Assembly: GCA_951406725.2 (NCBI GenBank)
Contig: OX597823.1
Span: 94,054,001-94,118,000 of the forward strand
Length of the DNA stretch: 64,000 nt
Source of the DNA: Octopus vulgaris
Taxonomy: Eukaryota
Direction: 5' to 3'
Part shown: piece after piece, positions 38,066 to 51,519 of the stretch
Numbering within the stretch: the first letter of the stretch is position 1
Layout of the letters: every line of letters begins with the position of its first letter
Program-made: the position numbers and the translations under genes
Notes under the pieces: generated by a model
Database searches by the model: none
What the model saw: only the letters and a program-made list of their open reading frames with translations
Told to the model about the DNA's origin: nothing

Positions 38066-38082
38066 TATTATCATCATCATCG

Positions 38083-38116
<34 letters not shown>

Positions 38117-38424
38117 AAAGAAAATATGCGATCTACAATATACCACATATGGTGAGATGCTTCTTAAACGCGCACATTTTTGGACTTACCATCATCACAC
38201 TCACACACACACATGTACACACACACATACACAGGGCAACTAGTTCTTACCAAGACAATTACCAACACATACACACACACATTTACCGAACAATGGTATG
38301 TTCATCCACAGAAGTATTTTCATACACACACTGACATAAATCTACTAAGACACATAATACCGCATTTAAATACCCACACCTATACAAACTTATAGAAAGA
38401 CGCTTGTATTAAAGCAAACACACT

Positions 38425-38605
38425 TAAGGGACGCACGCGGCGCATATCTGCCGTTCGTCTGATTTAATGGGCCAGCGCCATCTGGCCGCCATTTTAAAAT
38501 CACAGCTAGAGAAGAGTCGACTTCTCTTAGTTTATCTTCAGGAATATAAATACACAAGAGGACGCCGTTCTACTTCAACTGCCGCCACATAAAGAACAGG
38601 TAAAG
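38425..38605 (+). promoter_or_regulatory. candidate promoter/insulator: CTCF-like and YY1-like motifs, TATA box, splice donor
   Basis: CpG-rich patch. Minus-strand CGGCCAGATGGCGCTG 38473-38488, GCCGCCATTTT 38485-38495, TATAAATA 38545-38552, CAG|GTAAAG at 38599/38600. Confidence 0.4.
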
Positions 38606-38999
38606 TGTTGTTACTATTTGAGAAGAAATCTAGAGAAGAAAATTACTTTTTATTTCTTTCTCGCTGCATAAAAAATAATACAAAGACTGTGTACGTACAT
38701 ATATATATGTGTGTGTGTGCGTGTGTGTTGTGTGTATGATATATATGTATATTAGTATAGCTATATATTATTAAGCATATAAATGCATATATGCATAGAC
38801 ACAAATACTCGTATATGAATGTATATAATTATCTAAATTTATTTATCCATATATGCATACATAAACAAATATATATATCTATATACCGTTGTATACAGAT
38901 ATAAATACTTGCATGTATGCACAACTACTTGCTTATGCGTAAAATTCATATATATATATATATATGTACACATACGTGTGTGTGTGTGTATGTATGTAA

Positions 39000-39084
<85 letters not shown>

Positions 39085-39196
39085 TTAAATGCACAGAATA
39101 ATATATTTATGCATATATAAACGCATAATTATAAATACATTTTTATTTAAACATGTATGTATGTATAATTACATTTATATATTTGTGTGTGTGTGC

Positions 39197-39240
<44 letters not shown>

Positions 39241-41387
39241 AACTTTAAAAACACATGGAACTTTAAAAACACTATTTACAAGCAATAGCGGAACAGCAAC
39301 ATCAACAACAACAACAGCAATATACATCCACAAGAGCATTAGTATAAACAATAACATAAACAACAATACCTGTGACGTCAACAACAACAACAACAGCAAT
39401 AAATAAATAAATTCGTAATGGATGAAATTGGCAGAAAATTTATAGTCCATTTGGTAAAAACGATTAAAATCTTTCATATTTTTTTTTCGTGTTGCTTGTT
39501 TTTATTTCGGCTTTATATAACTAAACTAGAGTAATTTAGTGATTTCTAATAGAGAATTTTTGTTTATCTTCTTCGTTTCCTCCACCGTCACCGGTGCCAT
39601 TAATGGTGTTTCTTTTAAGAAAAATTATATATAAAATACAGGGACAGAAAAATAACTACAAATAAAGATAAAGAAGAAAGATAAACGCGTTAGGATTTCG
39701 GGCTTCGTTCAATGATTTGTTTATTCATTTATTTTTCAAATTTCTTTTTCCTTTCTTCTCTCTTCATTTTTATGATTTTTTTTTTTTCAATTTTATTTTT
39801 TGTTCTTACGAATTCATTTACTTTCTTCTCCTTCTACTTCTTATTCTTCCTTTCGTTATTCATTCTCTTTTTCTTTCCTTCATCTTTTTTTCTTCTTCAG
39901 TTTTTCTTTTCAGCTTTTCCTCATCCGCTTTGTTGTCGTTGATGTTATTTTTTCACCATCTTTTTTTCATTTTCGTTAATACCACATCTTTTCTCTTCGT
40001 CAGTTTTCTTCATCATTTCGCTTCGTCCTCCTCTTGATTTTTTTCCCCTTATTCTTCTTCCTTCGTTTTGTGTTGTTGCTTTTCTTCATTCTTCTTCTTT
40101 CGCTTCTTTTTTTTTTCCTTCTCACCCTCCTCCACTGCCTTCTCCTTCTATCTTATTTTCCTATGATGATGCTGTTCTGAAAGGTATTAACAAAATGTCG
40201 GACAGGGGGACTGTTGACGAGGATGGTAGCTGTAGTTGTCCTGATATGGTAGATGACGATAATGGCGTTTGTAGTGTTGGTGCTGGTAATTGAAGCTGTT
40301 GTAGTTGGTGTTAATAATAAAGTTGGGTGACGGTGGGATTGGTGGAGATGGAGATGGTGATACTGAAGGTAATACGAGCAGTAAAACACCTAATTTCTTT
40401 TCGTTTAATCTCATTTTATCCGTTTGCTTGTCTTTCTTTGTTATGGGTATCTCATTTTAGTCATTATACATTGTTTTTGATGTTGGTATTGATGTTGTTG
40501 TTGTTGGTGTTGTTGGTGTTGTTGTTGTTATAGGTCGTTTTCTCAAGATGTAGCAGTTCTGTGTTTGCTTGTTTGTTTTATTTTTGTTTTGTATTATTTT
40601 GGTGGGGAGGGTGGTGGAAAGAAGGCGACACTTATGTACAGTATGTATGTGGTAGTGGAAATCGTGTGCCTGCGTTTAAGTGTGTGTATGCTTACGTGTG
40701 GTTGGTGGATGCACATGTATATGCAAAACTATATATTGACTTACATGCATTTATGTATGTGTGTATATACGTATTACATATGTATAACATAATATACACA
40801 CGTACACAACCTTTCCGCATAGGTATGTACGCCTACGAACAGTTGTATATGTGTGGTGGGGTGCATGTATCTATGTATTGCTATAGATAATATATACGTC
40901 TGTGAATATGTATTTGTGTGTGTGTGTTTGTGCGTGTGCACATGTGTGCATCTATGCATGTATGTATGTGTGCATGTGTGTTTGTATATTAGTATATATA
41001 TATATATGTGGACGGCGTAAGTTGGCAGTTTTGCATCTGTCTGATAAAATCGGATATATTAATGAAAAGATGGTATTATTGCAACGATACAATGGTATAT
41101 ATGTAAAAAGAAATTAGTCGATATTTTCCCATTATAACAAAAGATTTTCTAATCATCTTTGTCAAGCTGTGCATTACAAAAGATGACTTCGACTATCTTC
41201 TCACATCAACAAGATAGCTTCTCTTTTGCCTAGATACTTACTTGATCATTATAAAAGCCAAAACTCACGTTGAACATCTTCTATCGTTATTAAAATTGGG
41301 TTAGGTGTTTCGCCATAGATTTCTAGACGGCACGCTTCAGAATAAACACTTTTTTTTTAATATATATATATATAAACACGGAATAAG

Positions 41388-41765
41388 GAAGCGTGCTAGC
41401 AGAATAGTTACCTCGCCGGACCAAATACTTGGCGGTATTTCGTATATCTTTACAAGGCGGCGAGCTGGCAGAACCGTTAGCACGCCGGGCGAAATGTTGA
41501 GAGGTATTTTCGCTACGTTCTGAGTTCAAATTCCGCCGAGGTCGACTTTGCCTTTCATCGTTTCGGGGTCGATTAAATAAGTACCAGTTATGCACTGGGG
41601 TCGATATAATTGACTTAATAGGTTTGTCTGTCCTTGTTTGTCCTCTCGCTGTTTAGCCCTTGTGGGTAGTAAAGAAGTGGGTATTTCTTATATCTTTACG
41701 TTCTAAGTTCAAATTCCTCCGAGGTCGACTTTGTCTTTCATACTTTCGGAGTCAATAAAGTACTT
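41388..41765 (+). mobile_element. nested SINE A in SINE A (inner 41454-41679)
   Basis: 20-bp TSD GGTATTTCKTATATCTTTAC at 41434-41453 and 41680-41699. Confidence 0.9.
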
Positions 41766-42537
41766 GTTAGCAGGTCGCAGCAAAGAAAAACGCGAAATTA
41801 TATTTAATACGAAATAGTGAAAGAAAAAAGGGAAGATTCGTGGATTTTTTATTTCGTTTTTGTTTTTGTTTTTTGCTTCTTGTTGGTGTGTCATTGAAAA
41901 TACAGTTTAATCTTTGTGCGCATTACATTTCGCTTTCGTTTCTTTGACAAACAGACTCTTAATTCCTTGGTTTAACATAATTATCAATTAAATACTGTTT
42001 TATTTGTTAAATATCTTTCTTGTTTTATATTTTCCTTTTTACCCCCTGAAATTTTCTCTTTATTAGTAACTCTCCTATCCAATGAATATTAATTTGCTCC
42101 CTAAAAGCAAACTGCTTCGGTAATTTACAATTGAAATGCTCTGAAACTTTCAGAACAGCAACAATCAATTTCTATGAATTTTCCTTTTCATCTGAAATTT
42201 AAGAAACAATTTGCATAAATTTCCCAGAGTGCTGAGGAAGCAACTAATCATATCTCGACCTGGCGTACGAACAATGAATCAGAACAACTAAATAGTTAAT
42301 ACAGTGGCCTCAAGACAATAAATTACGTTTCTCTGTCGAAACTATTAGGATATCTCAAAAGAAATTTCGACAGATGTGCAGCTGTGTTTGCTATGTATTA
42401 CCTTAAAGTATTATTGAATATAACTTCGCTTTTTCTCTGTTTCAGCAGATTTCTAACCAAATTCCAATTTTACGAGAAACCTACACACACACATACGCCC
42501 ACACAAACATATATGTGTGTGTATGCATATAAATATA

Positions 42538-42642
<105 letters not shown>

Positions 42643-42644
42643 AT

Positions 42645-43173
42645 GAGTGAGAGAGCAGCGCATGCCATCAAAGTGACACTGGGGTAAAATATACGAAACC
42701 CAGTTTACCCATCATGACTACGCATCAGATAAAGGTACACCAGGCACAGGCATTACAACTATATGTGCACGACGAAGCGGTCTCTTATCAAGATAAACAG
42801 CGCATGGTCTTGCAGGTGGGTCCCGGTTAGAATTTTCTTCAGGTCGACTAGCCCATTCGGATCAAAAGTTCTCTGAGTAGGGGCTGTTTAAGGATGATGA
42901 ACAAAACACCCATGTTTCCAAAGGTGAACTATCCAAACCCCAAAGAATCCCTCTCAACACATGGCTATGATGCTCCCACACTACTTCTCGTGATCAAAGA
43001 TGCTCATATGTCAGCCACTGAGGGACATACTCAACTGGTTAAGGTCAAACAAGTGACCAGCCAATCTATGGTATTCAGCAAAATATTTGCTGTAGCCAAG
43101 ACAAAACAATGTACATGGTAGCACTTCCGTTCAGTTAAGATCAGAAGCCATGAGAGCCACTGCCTGCTACTGC

Positions 43174-43174
<1 letters not shown>
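42645..43174 (-). mobile_element. ~540 bp non-coding interspersed element (family D), copy 1
   Basis: End-to-end homology to 58989-59526, microsatellites on both sides. Strand inferred from the tail of copy 2. Confidence 0.8.
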
Positions 43175-43208
<34 letters not shown>

Positions 43209-43459
43209 TGTATGTATGTATGTATGTATGTATGTATGTATGTATGTATGTATGTTTGTATGTATGTATGTATGTATGTATGTATGTATGTATGTATGTA
43301 TATACAGATTGCCTGAAGTGGTGTACAGATGTTATATATTAATAAAATAAGAGTTAGAATTTCAGATAATCCATTATTAGCGCTTTCGTCTCATTCAGGT
43401 ACACTTCATGATTGAGACGAAAGCGCTGATAAAGAATCATCCAAAATTCTGCAGAGCCG

Positions 43460-43643
43460 CCAAATTACCAAGATACACCAGCACCGGTTGTCAGGTGATG
43501 GTGGTGGTTGGGAGACAAACACACACACAAAGACACAAACCCAATTATATATATATATATATATATATGAAACTTTTAATAAAGCCTGTCTTTGTATGAA
43601 ACAATTGTACTAAAAACTAATCCATTCTTGTTGCTTCTTTCTC

Positions 43644-43710
<67 letters not shown>

Positions 43711-43885
43711 CATATACATATTCGTAGAGCCTCTTTCCGTGTCCGTCTACAAAATCCATTCATAAGGCTTTGGTCAGCCCAAAGCTATAGGAGAAGACAG
43801 GCGCGCAAGGTGTCACATAGTGGGAGTGAACCTGGATCGATGTGGTTGGGAAGCAAACAGCTTACCACACAGCCACTTTTGCACT
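43460..43885 (-). mobile_element. SINE family B, head (43725-43885) and tail remnant split by (TA)n
   Basis: Homology to 15765-16017. Confidence 0.6.
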
Positions 43886-43934
43886 CCATACATAAATATA
43901 TGCATATATAATTCTATCTTTTTCCATATGTACG

Positions 43935-43965
<31 letters not shown>

Positions 43966-44144
43966 TATGTGTGTATATGTAAGTATGTATATGTATGTAT
44001 AATTCCTGTGCCGTCTTTTGTCTGAAATACTTCTGTTTTACTGTCAAGCAAACATGATTATCTACAAAGCAGCTTTTATTCGTTAGTTATATTTCTTTCC
44101 CCGACCTACTCAATAACTTCTTATTCTCTCTCACAATCACTCCT

Positions 44145-44216
<72 letters not shown>

Positions 44217-44492
44217 AAGTATATCTATACGCAAAGTGTTTCAAAATTTCAACTGTACCACAAATAACTTGTATGTAGAACTCCATGTGTTTATGTTTTG
44301 TTCTTGCATTCCCGTTTGTACTAAACCAGTCATATGACTTGCTAGGTATCTCGAGGGTCGGAAAGTCACGGAGTACATTTACAAAACAGAACAAAACATG
44401 AGAAAATGCTTATAAACATTTTAGAAAGTAATTATTATATTGACAATCTCACGTGTTTCTTTGTTTTTTTATTTTATATATATATATTGACG

Positions 44493-44568
<76 letters not shown>

Positions 44569-44599
44569 CACACAGACAGGCAGCCAGACAGACAGACAA

Positions 44600-44691
<92 letters not shown>

Positions 44692-44711
44692 GCAGACAGA
44701 CAGACAGACAA

Positions 44712-44772
<61 letters not shown>

Positions 44773-44784
44773 AAGATAGGTATG

Positions 44785-44867
<83 letters not shown>

Positions 44868-44890
44868 GTATGTAGATAGATACATATATA
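44493..44890. repeat. (TAGA)n/(CAGA)n microsatellite
   Basis: Directly visible. Confidence 0.95.
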
Positions 44891-44908
44891 GATTTTTTAA
44901 ATATATAT

Positions 44909-45778
44909 ACGGTTTGATGGGTTAATTGTCACCATTTCTTATTTTTAATTTTGCTCATGCACATTCTTTTTGATTTTATAGACTATACAGTATTGTAGGG
45001 TCAGTTGGGAACCGACTGTGGGAAAAACAGCACCATGACACAATTCACTCTGCCAGAAATTTGGAAACGACATACTGTACTGCTTGCCATTTGCGCCGCA
45101 AGTTCCATTACGAACATTTCCGAGTGTTTGTGTGACAATCTGAGGACAGTGCAATCTGAGGACATGTACCGAGAGTGATAAAAATCAAACAACCAGTCAA
45201 CATCATGGTGTTTTGGTGATCACTAGTGATGCCATGTTATGCCTCCATTTGTCTTCCCACATAGCTTCAGATTCAACACGGATTCATGTGCCTAGAGGAG
45301 GTAGTGCTTCCCCGGGTTAAGAGGGTAACTGCTGTAAGACCCTATATCTAGCAACAGGACTCTTCACCATGCCACACAATCAGGAGAACCCAGTCATGGC
45401 TGTCAGATAAGTTTTGCGACCACATCACCCCTAACGTCTGGCCACCTAACTTCCCACACTACAACACTTTGATTACTATATGTGGGGCGCAGTTGAGCGA
45501 CAGATCAACAAAGCTCCTTGTAACAGCAAAGATGAATTGAAGGCAAGGATTATGGCAGCATTCATCAACTTAAACAAGGAGGTGGTCTAGAAGAATTGCA
45601 GGAGATTCTGAAGTCATCTGGAGACCGTGGTTGAAGCCAATGGCGATTTTTTTGAATATATTTACTTTTTAGTATTTCAAGATATTTTTATGTAATTTTG
45701 GTAAATATATCTGTTAAAATGAGGTGTCAGCGTTATTTTCAATTTTGCGTAATTTAGACGAGTTTATTCACAGCTCTG
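44909..45778 (+). mobile_element. internally deleted DD37D (maT) transposon, copy 2
   Basis: Colinear with 20838-21690, including the same deletion junction. Confidence 0.85.
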
Positions 45779-46369
45779 TGTGTGTATATATATATATAAA
45801 CGTGATTATTTATAACTTTGGAACACGGTGTAAATTATTGGTTACAAAAAACGCTTTGATGGTAAATAATCCTTCGGTCCACAATGTCTGTAAATATGAC
45901 AAACGTTCTGAGCTTCCGAGACAACGTTTCGTATTCTCTCCGCTCATAGCAGATTAAACACGCGCGATGTTTGCATTATAGGAATTAAGTAACCTCAAGT
46001 GATATGAAGTTAACTATTCTTAGTTGGAACTCCAAGTAAATAAGGCTAAAAGAATTAGCATGTTGAATATTTGATTTTTTAAAATCACTTGGATAGCAAA
46101 AGATTATCGCTTCTTCGCTTTACACTGTAAATCGGGATCGCTGTTATGGTAGCGAAACCCAAGTACTCAGAGTGAAGTTGGTTGACATAGATTGACCTTG
46201 AAATCTGTCACGCATGCGTACCTGGTTATATCGTTCTCGCTCACTTCCGTTGTTTATAACCGAGTTTGAAAGTAAAATGCGTAGAGTGTGGTTGTCTCAC
46301 GAAAACCACAGAAATTCTATCAGTAACGATGGCAAAGAAAACATGTGTATGTGTGGGGGAAGAGATGGG

Positions 46370-46486
46370 AAGAAACCAAGAAAGAAACCAAGAAAGAAAG
46401 AAAGAAAGAAAGGAAGAACAAAGAAAGAAAGGAAGAAAGAAAGAAAGAAAGAAGGAAGGAAGGAAGGAAGGAAAGAAAGAAAGAAA

Positions 46487-46572
<86 letters not shown>
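46370..46572. repeat. (GAAA)n microsatellite
   Basis: Directly visible. Confidence 0.95.
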
Positions 46573-46573
<1 letters not shown>

Positions 46574-46639
46574 CGACAAAGAGAGAGTGCGTGAGTGGCA
46601 TGAGAGAGCCTTGAAGATTATCAATAGCTAAGAACTTTT

Positions 46640-46877
46640 CTAAAAATAAAATCCCACTTAAAAGGAAAATGATTCCAAAGCGTTGAGGAACTTCACGAGA
46701 ATGTGACGAGGATGCTGCTCGCTGTCCTTTAAAAGGAGTTCCATCAATGGAAACGATGCTGGATAAAGTGTGTGGCTTCAAAAGGAGTCTACTTCGAATG
46801 AGATTAAATGCCTACTTGATATGTAAGGTAGTTTTGGTTTTGTAGCACAAGTCCCGATACTCTTTGACCACACCTCG
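46640..46877 (+). mobile_element. mariner 3' end with right TIR
   Basis: FHQWKRCWIKCVASKGVYFE*, terminus AGTCCCGATACTCTTTGACCACACCTCG-TA. Confidence 0.75.
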
Positions 46878-47744
46878 TACATCTCGTGCCTTCCCTCTTA
46901 AGCTTTTAACTTCAACTTTGTTCTAAACTATTCCATGATTCCTCTGGCAGTAAACTGGTAAACAAGCGAGAAACAATTTATTCTTCAAAAAGTAGATAAA
47001 CGTAGGAGGTCCGTGAGTGCAACTAGAAAATCTTTTGTGCTTCCTGTATAGTATTTCTGAAAACTCTCTCTGCATCTAACTTTCGGAATACTTGAACAAA
47101 TCTAAGCCCACAGAAGAAGTTCTTTGAATTACACGTAGATGATGTGTAGGTGCATTTTCGCTAACAACCAGTCGACCTGAACTAGGTTGATCAGGCCTAA
47201 ACGTGCGTCGAAGCGGTATACTAATGATGACCCTCTTCCACAAGAGCCATCAAGACCTCTCAGACGCCCTTGATGGCTCTTTTCAATTGGGTAGAAGTCT
47301 CACCAAATAGTAAATAAGATTGCTTCTCTCTCTTTGTTGCCCCTAGAAAACAGTCGTTTCAGAGTGTGAATAAGAATACATCCTTTTCGCTTCAGTTCAC
47401 TGTTAACGACAGGAGGGGACCTGGACTAGGACCTTGGCGGTAGCTCACCACAGTTCTTTTTTTTATTTGCTTCAGTCAATTTACTGCAGCCATGCTGGAG
47501 CATCGCCTTAAAGTGATTTTGCGAACAGTTTTACACCAGGATTTATTTTGTAACCCTAGTAATTATTCCATTAATCTCTTTATTGAGCCGATAAGTTACA
47601 AGAACGTAAACAAGCCAACACTATTTGTTAAGTGATGACAAGAGCGCAAAGAAACAAAGACATATACAAACGCATATATATATATACGTGTGTGTGTGTG
47701 TGTGTGTGTGTTTGTATATGCCTCACACGCACAGGCATATACAA

Positions 47745-47802
<58 letters not shown>

Positions 47803-47819
47803 GTGTGAGTGTGTGTGTG

Positions 47820-48316
47820 CCTGTGTGTCATCCTGGCCTCCTCAGCAGCTTTCACTCCACTCCACACTTTTGTTCTCCGTCCAACTCGACCCGAAGCAAG
47901 GGTTTCTATGGCCTTTGGATCCATTCCAAGTGATTTCAATGTAGTCCTTATGTCGTCCATAAACCTCTATTTACGTTTACACCGATTGCCTTCCCCTCTA
48001 CAAGCTCGCCATAAAACAGAGGGGCTATGAAAGCCGAACCTCCACCAACTGCTCGGCCTATATATATGTGCACACTTTTCAGTGCTGTGTATACTATAAG
48101 TTCTGCAAATCTAAAGGAGGCGTCAAAAGACATTTAAAGATCCACAAAGATCAGAACTTAACTGCTGAGTTTTTATGGTCTAAATAAGATATGCAAGCTA
48201 TGTGAATGTCTTTTCAATATAATGTCAGGTTTAACAAGTCACATCAAACGCCATGATGGATCTAAGGTGTAAATACAAGAGGTAGTCAGACTCTGTATCA
48301 AGAGTAAACAAGCACC
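47820..48316. mobile_element. RTE-clade LINE 3' end with 5' inversion
   Basis: 47820-48025(-) reads YGELVEG...DDIRTTLKSLGMDPKAIETLASGRVGRR. 48028-48316(+) is the C2H2-finger/3' UTR segment matching 61030-61325(-). Confidence 0.7.
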
Positions 48317-48360
48317 ATATATATATGTGTGTGTGTGTGCGTGTGTGTATGTATGTGTGT

Positions 48361-48446
<86 letters not shown>

Positions 48447-48699
48447 TTGAGAAGGAACACACGAGTTGATATATATATGGAAAAAAAGTCAAGATAGAAA
48501 ATGCTAAAATAAATTTATAAAAAACATTTCAGTACCGGTTAGAGTCATTGAGACTTTTTCAACTGTAAGTATGGAAAACATATTTTGGAAAAATAAAAAG
48601 AAAAGTTTTTAAAAAAATATTTGCAAGGTATTCAAATACAAGGGGCATTTCCTTGTTTCTGTCTATCTCAGTCTCTCTTGTTTACTCTTGTGGGTTCGA

Positions 48700-48737
<38 letters not shown>

Positions 48738-48742
<5 letters not shown>

Positions 48743-49057
48743 AAATTTATAGGACTGACCACTAAAAATGGACAGCTTGTATGCTAGATATAGACGTCAA
48801 AATCGCCATTTTCCACGAAGAATGTGTTCTCAAGAAAATAACTAAGCAAAAAAGCAAAGTGTAAAAATAAGCAAGACAAAATAAAAATATACGAAAAATT
48901 AAAAACGGTTTTTTGTATCTAGCATTTCGTGTCCGCTTTTAGTGGTCAGTCCACTAAATTTTGTATGTAAAAAAAAATGTTATCTTCGGATTTAAAAAAA
49001 AAAAAAGCTAGGCCACTGGTTTTAATTGATTAATATCAATTTTTACCCTTATTTAAG

Positions 49058-49060
<3 letters not shown>
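48738..49060. repeat. asymmetric inverted-repeat element between (TA)n tracts
   Basis: Arms ~48738-48793 / 48915-48966. The right extension ends TTGATTAATATCAATTTTTACCCTT, similar to the 2155 terminus reversed. Confidence 0.65.
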
Positions 49061-49088
<28 letters not shown>

Positions 49089-49091
49089 TAC

Positions 49092-49335
49092 GGAGATGTA
49101 CTTGCATAGCAAGTGATTTGATCTGAGATCGTGTGCTGGAACGAAAACAATTGCAGCGTGGAAGGTGTTTGTAAGCCATTTAAGAAACACACAAAAGCCG
49201 GATTTTTGTCAGTGAACAGGTCGCGGTCTTATAGCGACGAAAATATTTTGACAAATTAAACTTAAATGTTGAAGTGAATCGAACGGCTTTTGTGTGTTTC
49301 TTAAATGGCTTACAAACACCTTCCACGCTGCAATT

Positions 49336-49339
<4 letters not shown>
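49092..49339. mobile_element. family P palindromic repeat, copy 2 (left arm centrally deleted)
   Basis: Homologous to 62437-62767, with an intact hammerhead-like motif at 49205-49255. Confidence 0.85.
49205..49255 (+). ncRNA. hammerhead ribozyme-like motif, G3:C8 variant
   Basis: TTTGTCA-GTGAACA-G-GTCGC-GGTCTTATA-GCGAC-GAAA-ATATT-T-TGACAAA. Confidence 0.7.
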
Positions 49340-49392
<53 letters not shown>

Positions 49393-49426
49393 GTATATAC
49401 GTATATATTGGTATACTTAACAAATA

Positions 49427-49467
<41 letters not shown>

Positions 49468-49680
49468 TGGTATATTTAATAAGTACATATAGACGCGCGC
49501 GCCTCTTTACTAAATATAGAAATTTTGTATGAATGTAAATTCATTAGACAGATTTTTACATAGTTCTCTACTATATTTTCCATACAATGTAACTTGTATA
49601 ATACCTGTCAAACATCTTTTGGAGATAACTTCATATCCTTTCCGGCGGTAGCGCCTCATACGCACGTACGTATATGTATG

Positions 49681-49726
<46 letters not shown>

Positions 49727-49863
49727 TATGCTGTTATGTATGTGCGTGTATTTGTCTCTGTGTGTGTGTGTGTATGTATGTACATAAGTACATATATGTA
49801 TGTGTATGCGCATTTATATATGTGCGTATGTATGTATATATATATATGCATTTATATACATGT

Positions 49864-49959
<96 letters not shown>

Positions 49960-50074
49960 GTAGGTAGGTAGGTAGGTAGGTTTGTAGGTAGGTAGGTAGT
50001 TAGGTAGGTAGGAGGTAGGTAGGTAGGTAGGTAGGTAGGTAGGTAGGTAGGTAGGTAGGTAGGTAGGTAGGTAG
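49864..50074. repeat. (TAGA)n then (TAGG)n microsatellite
   Basis: Directly visible. Confidence 0.95.
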
Positions 50075-50665
50075 ACTCGTATGCGTATGCTATTTATAAA
50101 AAAGTATTTCTTTTCATATCATACCTCTCTAAGTACACGTCCTCCAGCGTAACACATCTGTCACTGTTTGGCTCTATCAATCTATCATTCCCAAAGAACG
50201 TAAGAGTCTCTTCACGTCTTCGAACACACACAATGTTCCATTCATCCTATCAGGAAAGAGACACACTAAACCCCATAGAATTGCCACCTTTACCATTATG
50301 CACTTTTTCCATAGATCAACGCCAAACAAATGCAACACTGTTGATTATCCGCTGCCAAAAACTACAAGAGAATTCTCAATCTTCAGACCACGTGACATAT
50401 TGGAATGTCTGTGGCTTTTCAGTCCAATAGTTTATCAGTGTGTCATTGGAACGGATAAACTGACAGCTAGATTTGTAGGTCTCTTGTGTTTTGTGATTTG
50501 TCTTTCGAGAAAATATCTTTGATCAAGAATTCTCGAAAATGTAACGCGAATACGAAAGCATCGAATATAAATGGTACTTCATATGTGTTGTGTATATTCG
50601 TAAGTCACTAGGTTCAATTTCTGAATCTATTTGTATGTTGTTGTTGTTGGCATTTCAATTCCAAA

Positions 50666-50850
50666 GTGCGTGGCCTTGTGGTTAGGGTAGTCGGAAAACG
50701 ATCGTAAGGTCGGGAGTTCAATTCCCAGCGGAGCGTACTGTCTTTGAGCAAGGCACTTTATTTCACATTACTCCTGCTCCCTCTGTTGGCAAAAATGATT
50801 TGTACCTGAAATTCAAAAGGTCTGCCTTATCACACGCTATATCACACTGA
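50666..50850 (+). mobile_element. tRNA-derived CORE-like SINE
   Basis: TGGCCTTGTGG A-box, GTTCAATTCC B-box, TCTTTGAGCAAGGCACTT CORE-like segment. Confidence 0.7.
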
Positions 50851-51519
50851 ATCACCCAGGGAAATAAATAAAAGTGCGGACACCTTTTCTTGAGGAAGAA
50901 TTTTAGTGAAAATGTCCCAGTTTTGTGTTGTTACTACTGAGCGCAGAAGACCTTTAGACACGGATAGATTCGAGTTTATCAAAGAAGGGCAGAAGTGATG
51001 TGTTACAAAAGAGTCCTTCTCCTTCCTGAAGATTTTATCCAATGAGAGGCAAGGAATAAAGTCACAGAACTTTGCCTCTTGAAAAGCCAGAATAGCGGTA
51101 TGATCGCAGTCTACCTTTTTATTTCTCCTTTCTTCTTTCATGTAGAATCAAATGAGCATGCGACATTCAGTTAAAATTCATAATTTCCTTTTTTCTATCC
51201 ACGACTGCAATATCTGAACTGTTGTGTTGAAATGGATTAGAAGTGAATCCTAATTGTCTAGGTAAGATTTGAAAAAGAACAAGGTGTTTCCCAAGGTGTC
51301 GAAGTCATCTTAGGTCAGACCAGATAAGGTTAGCTATCAACCATTCCTGACAGTTATGCAGACAGAAATAACATATAATAAAATAAGAGTAGTTACGTGA
51401 ATAATGAAATGATGCAAGGTGTTTCAACTCTTCTCTCTTTAGAGGGAAGTCTCAAAACAATGTCACCTCAACATTTTCAAGAAATTATTGTAGACTCTGT
51501 TGAATTATTAGTGAGCAAC

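Noticed and set aside
40153-40533. Low-complexity ORFs as possible exons
   Set aside because: The composition is decayed trinucleotide repeat, with no recognisable domain or convincing splice sites.
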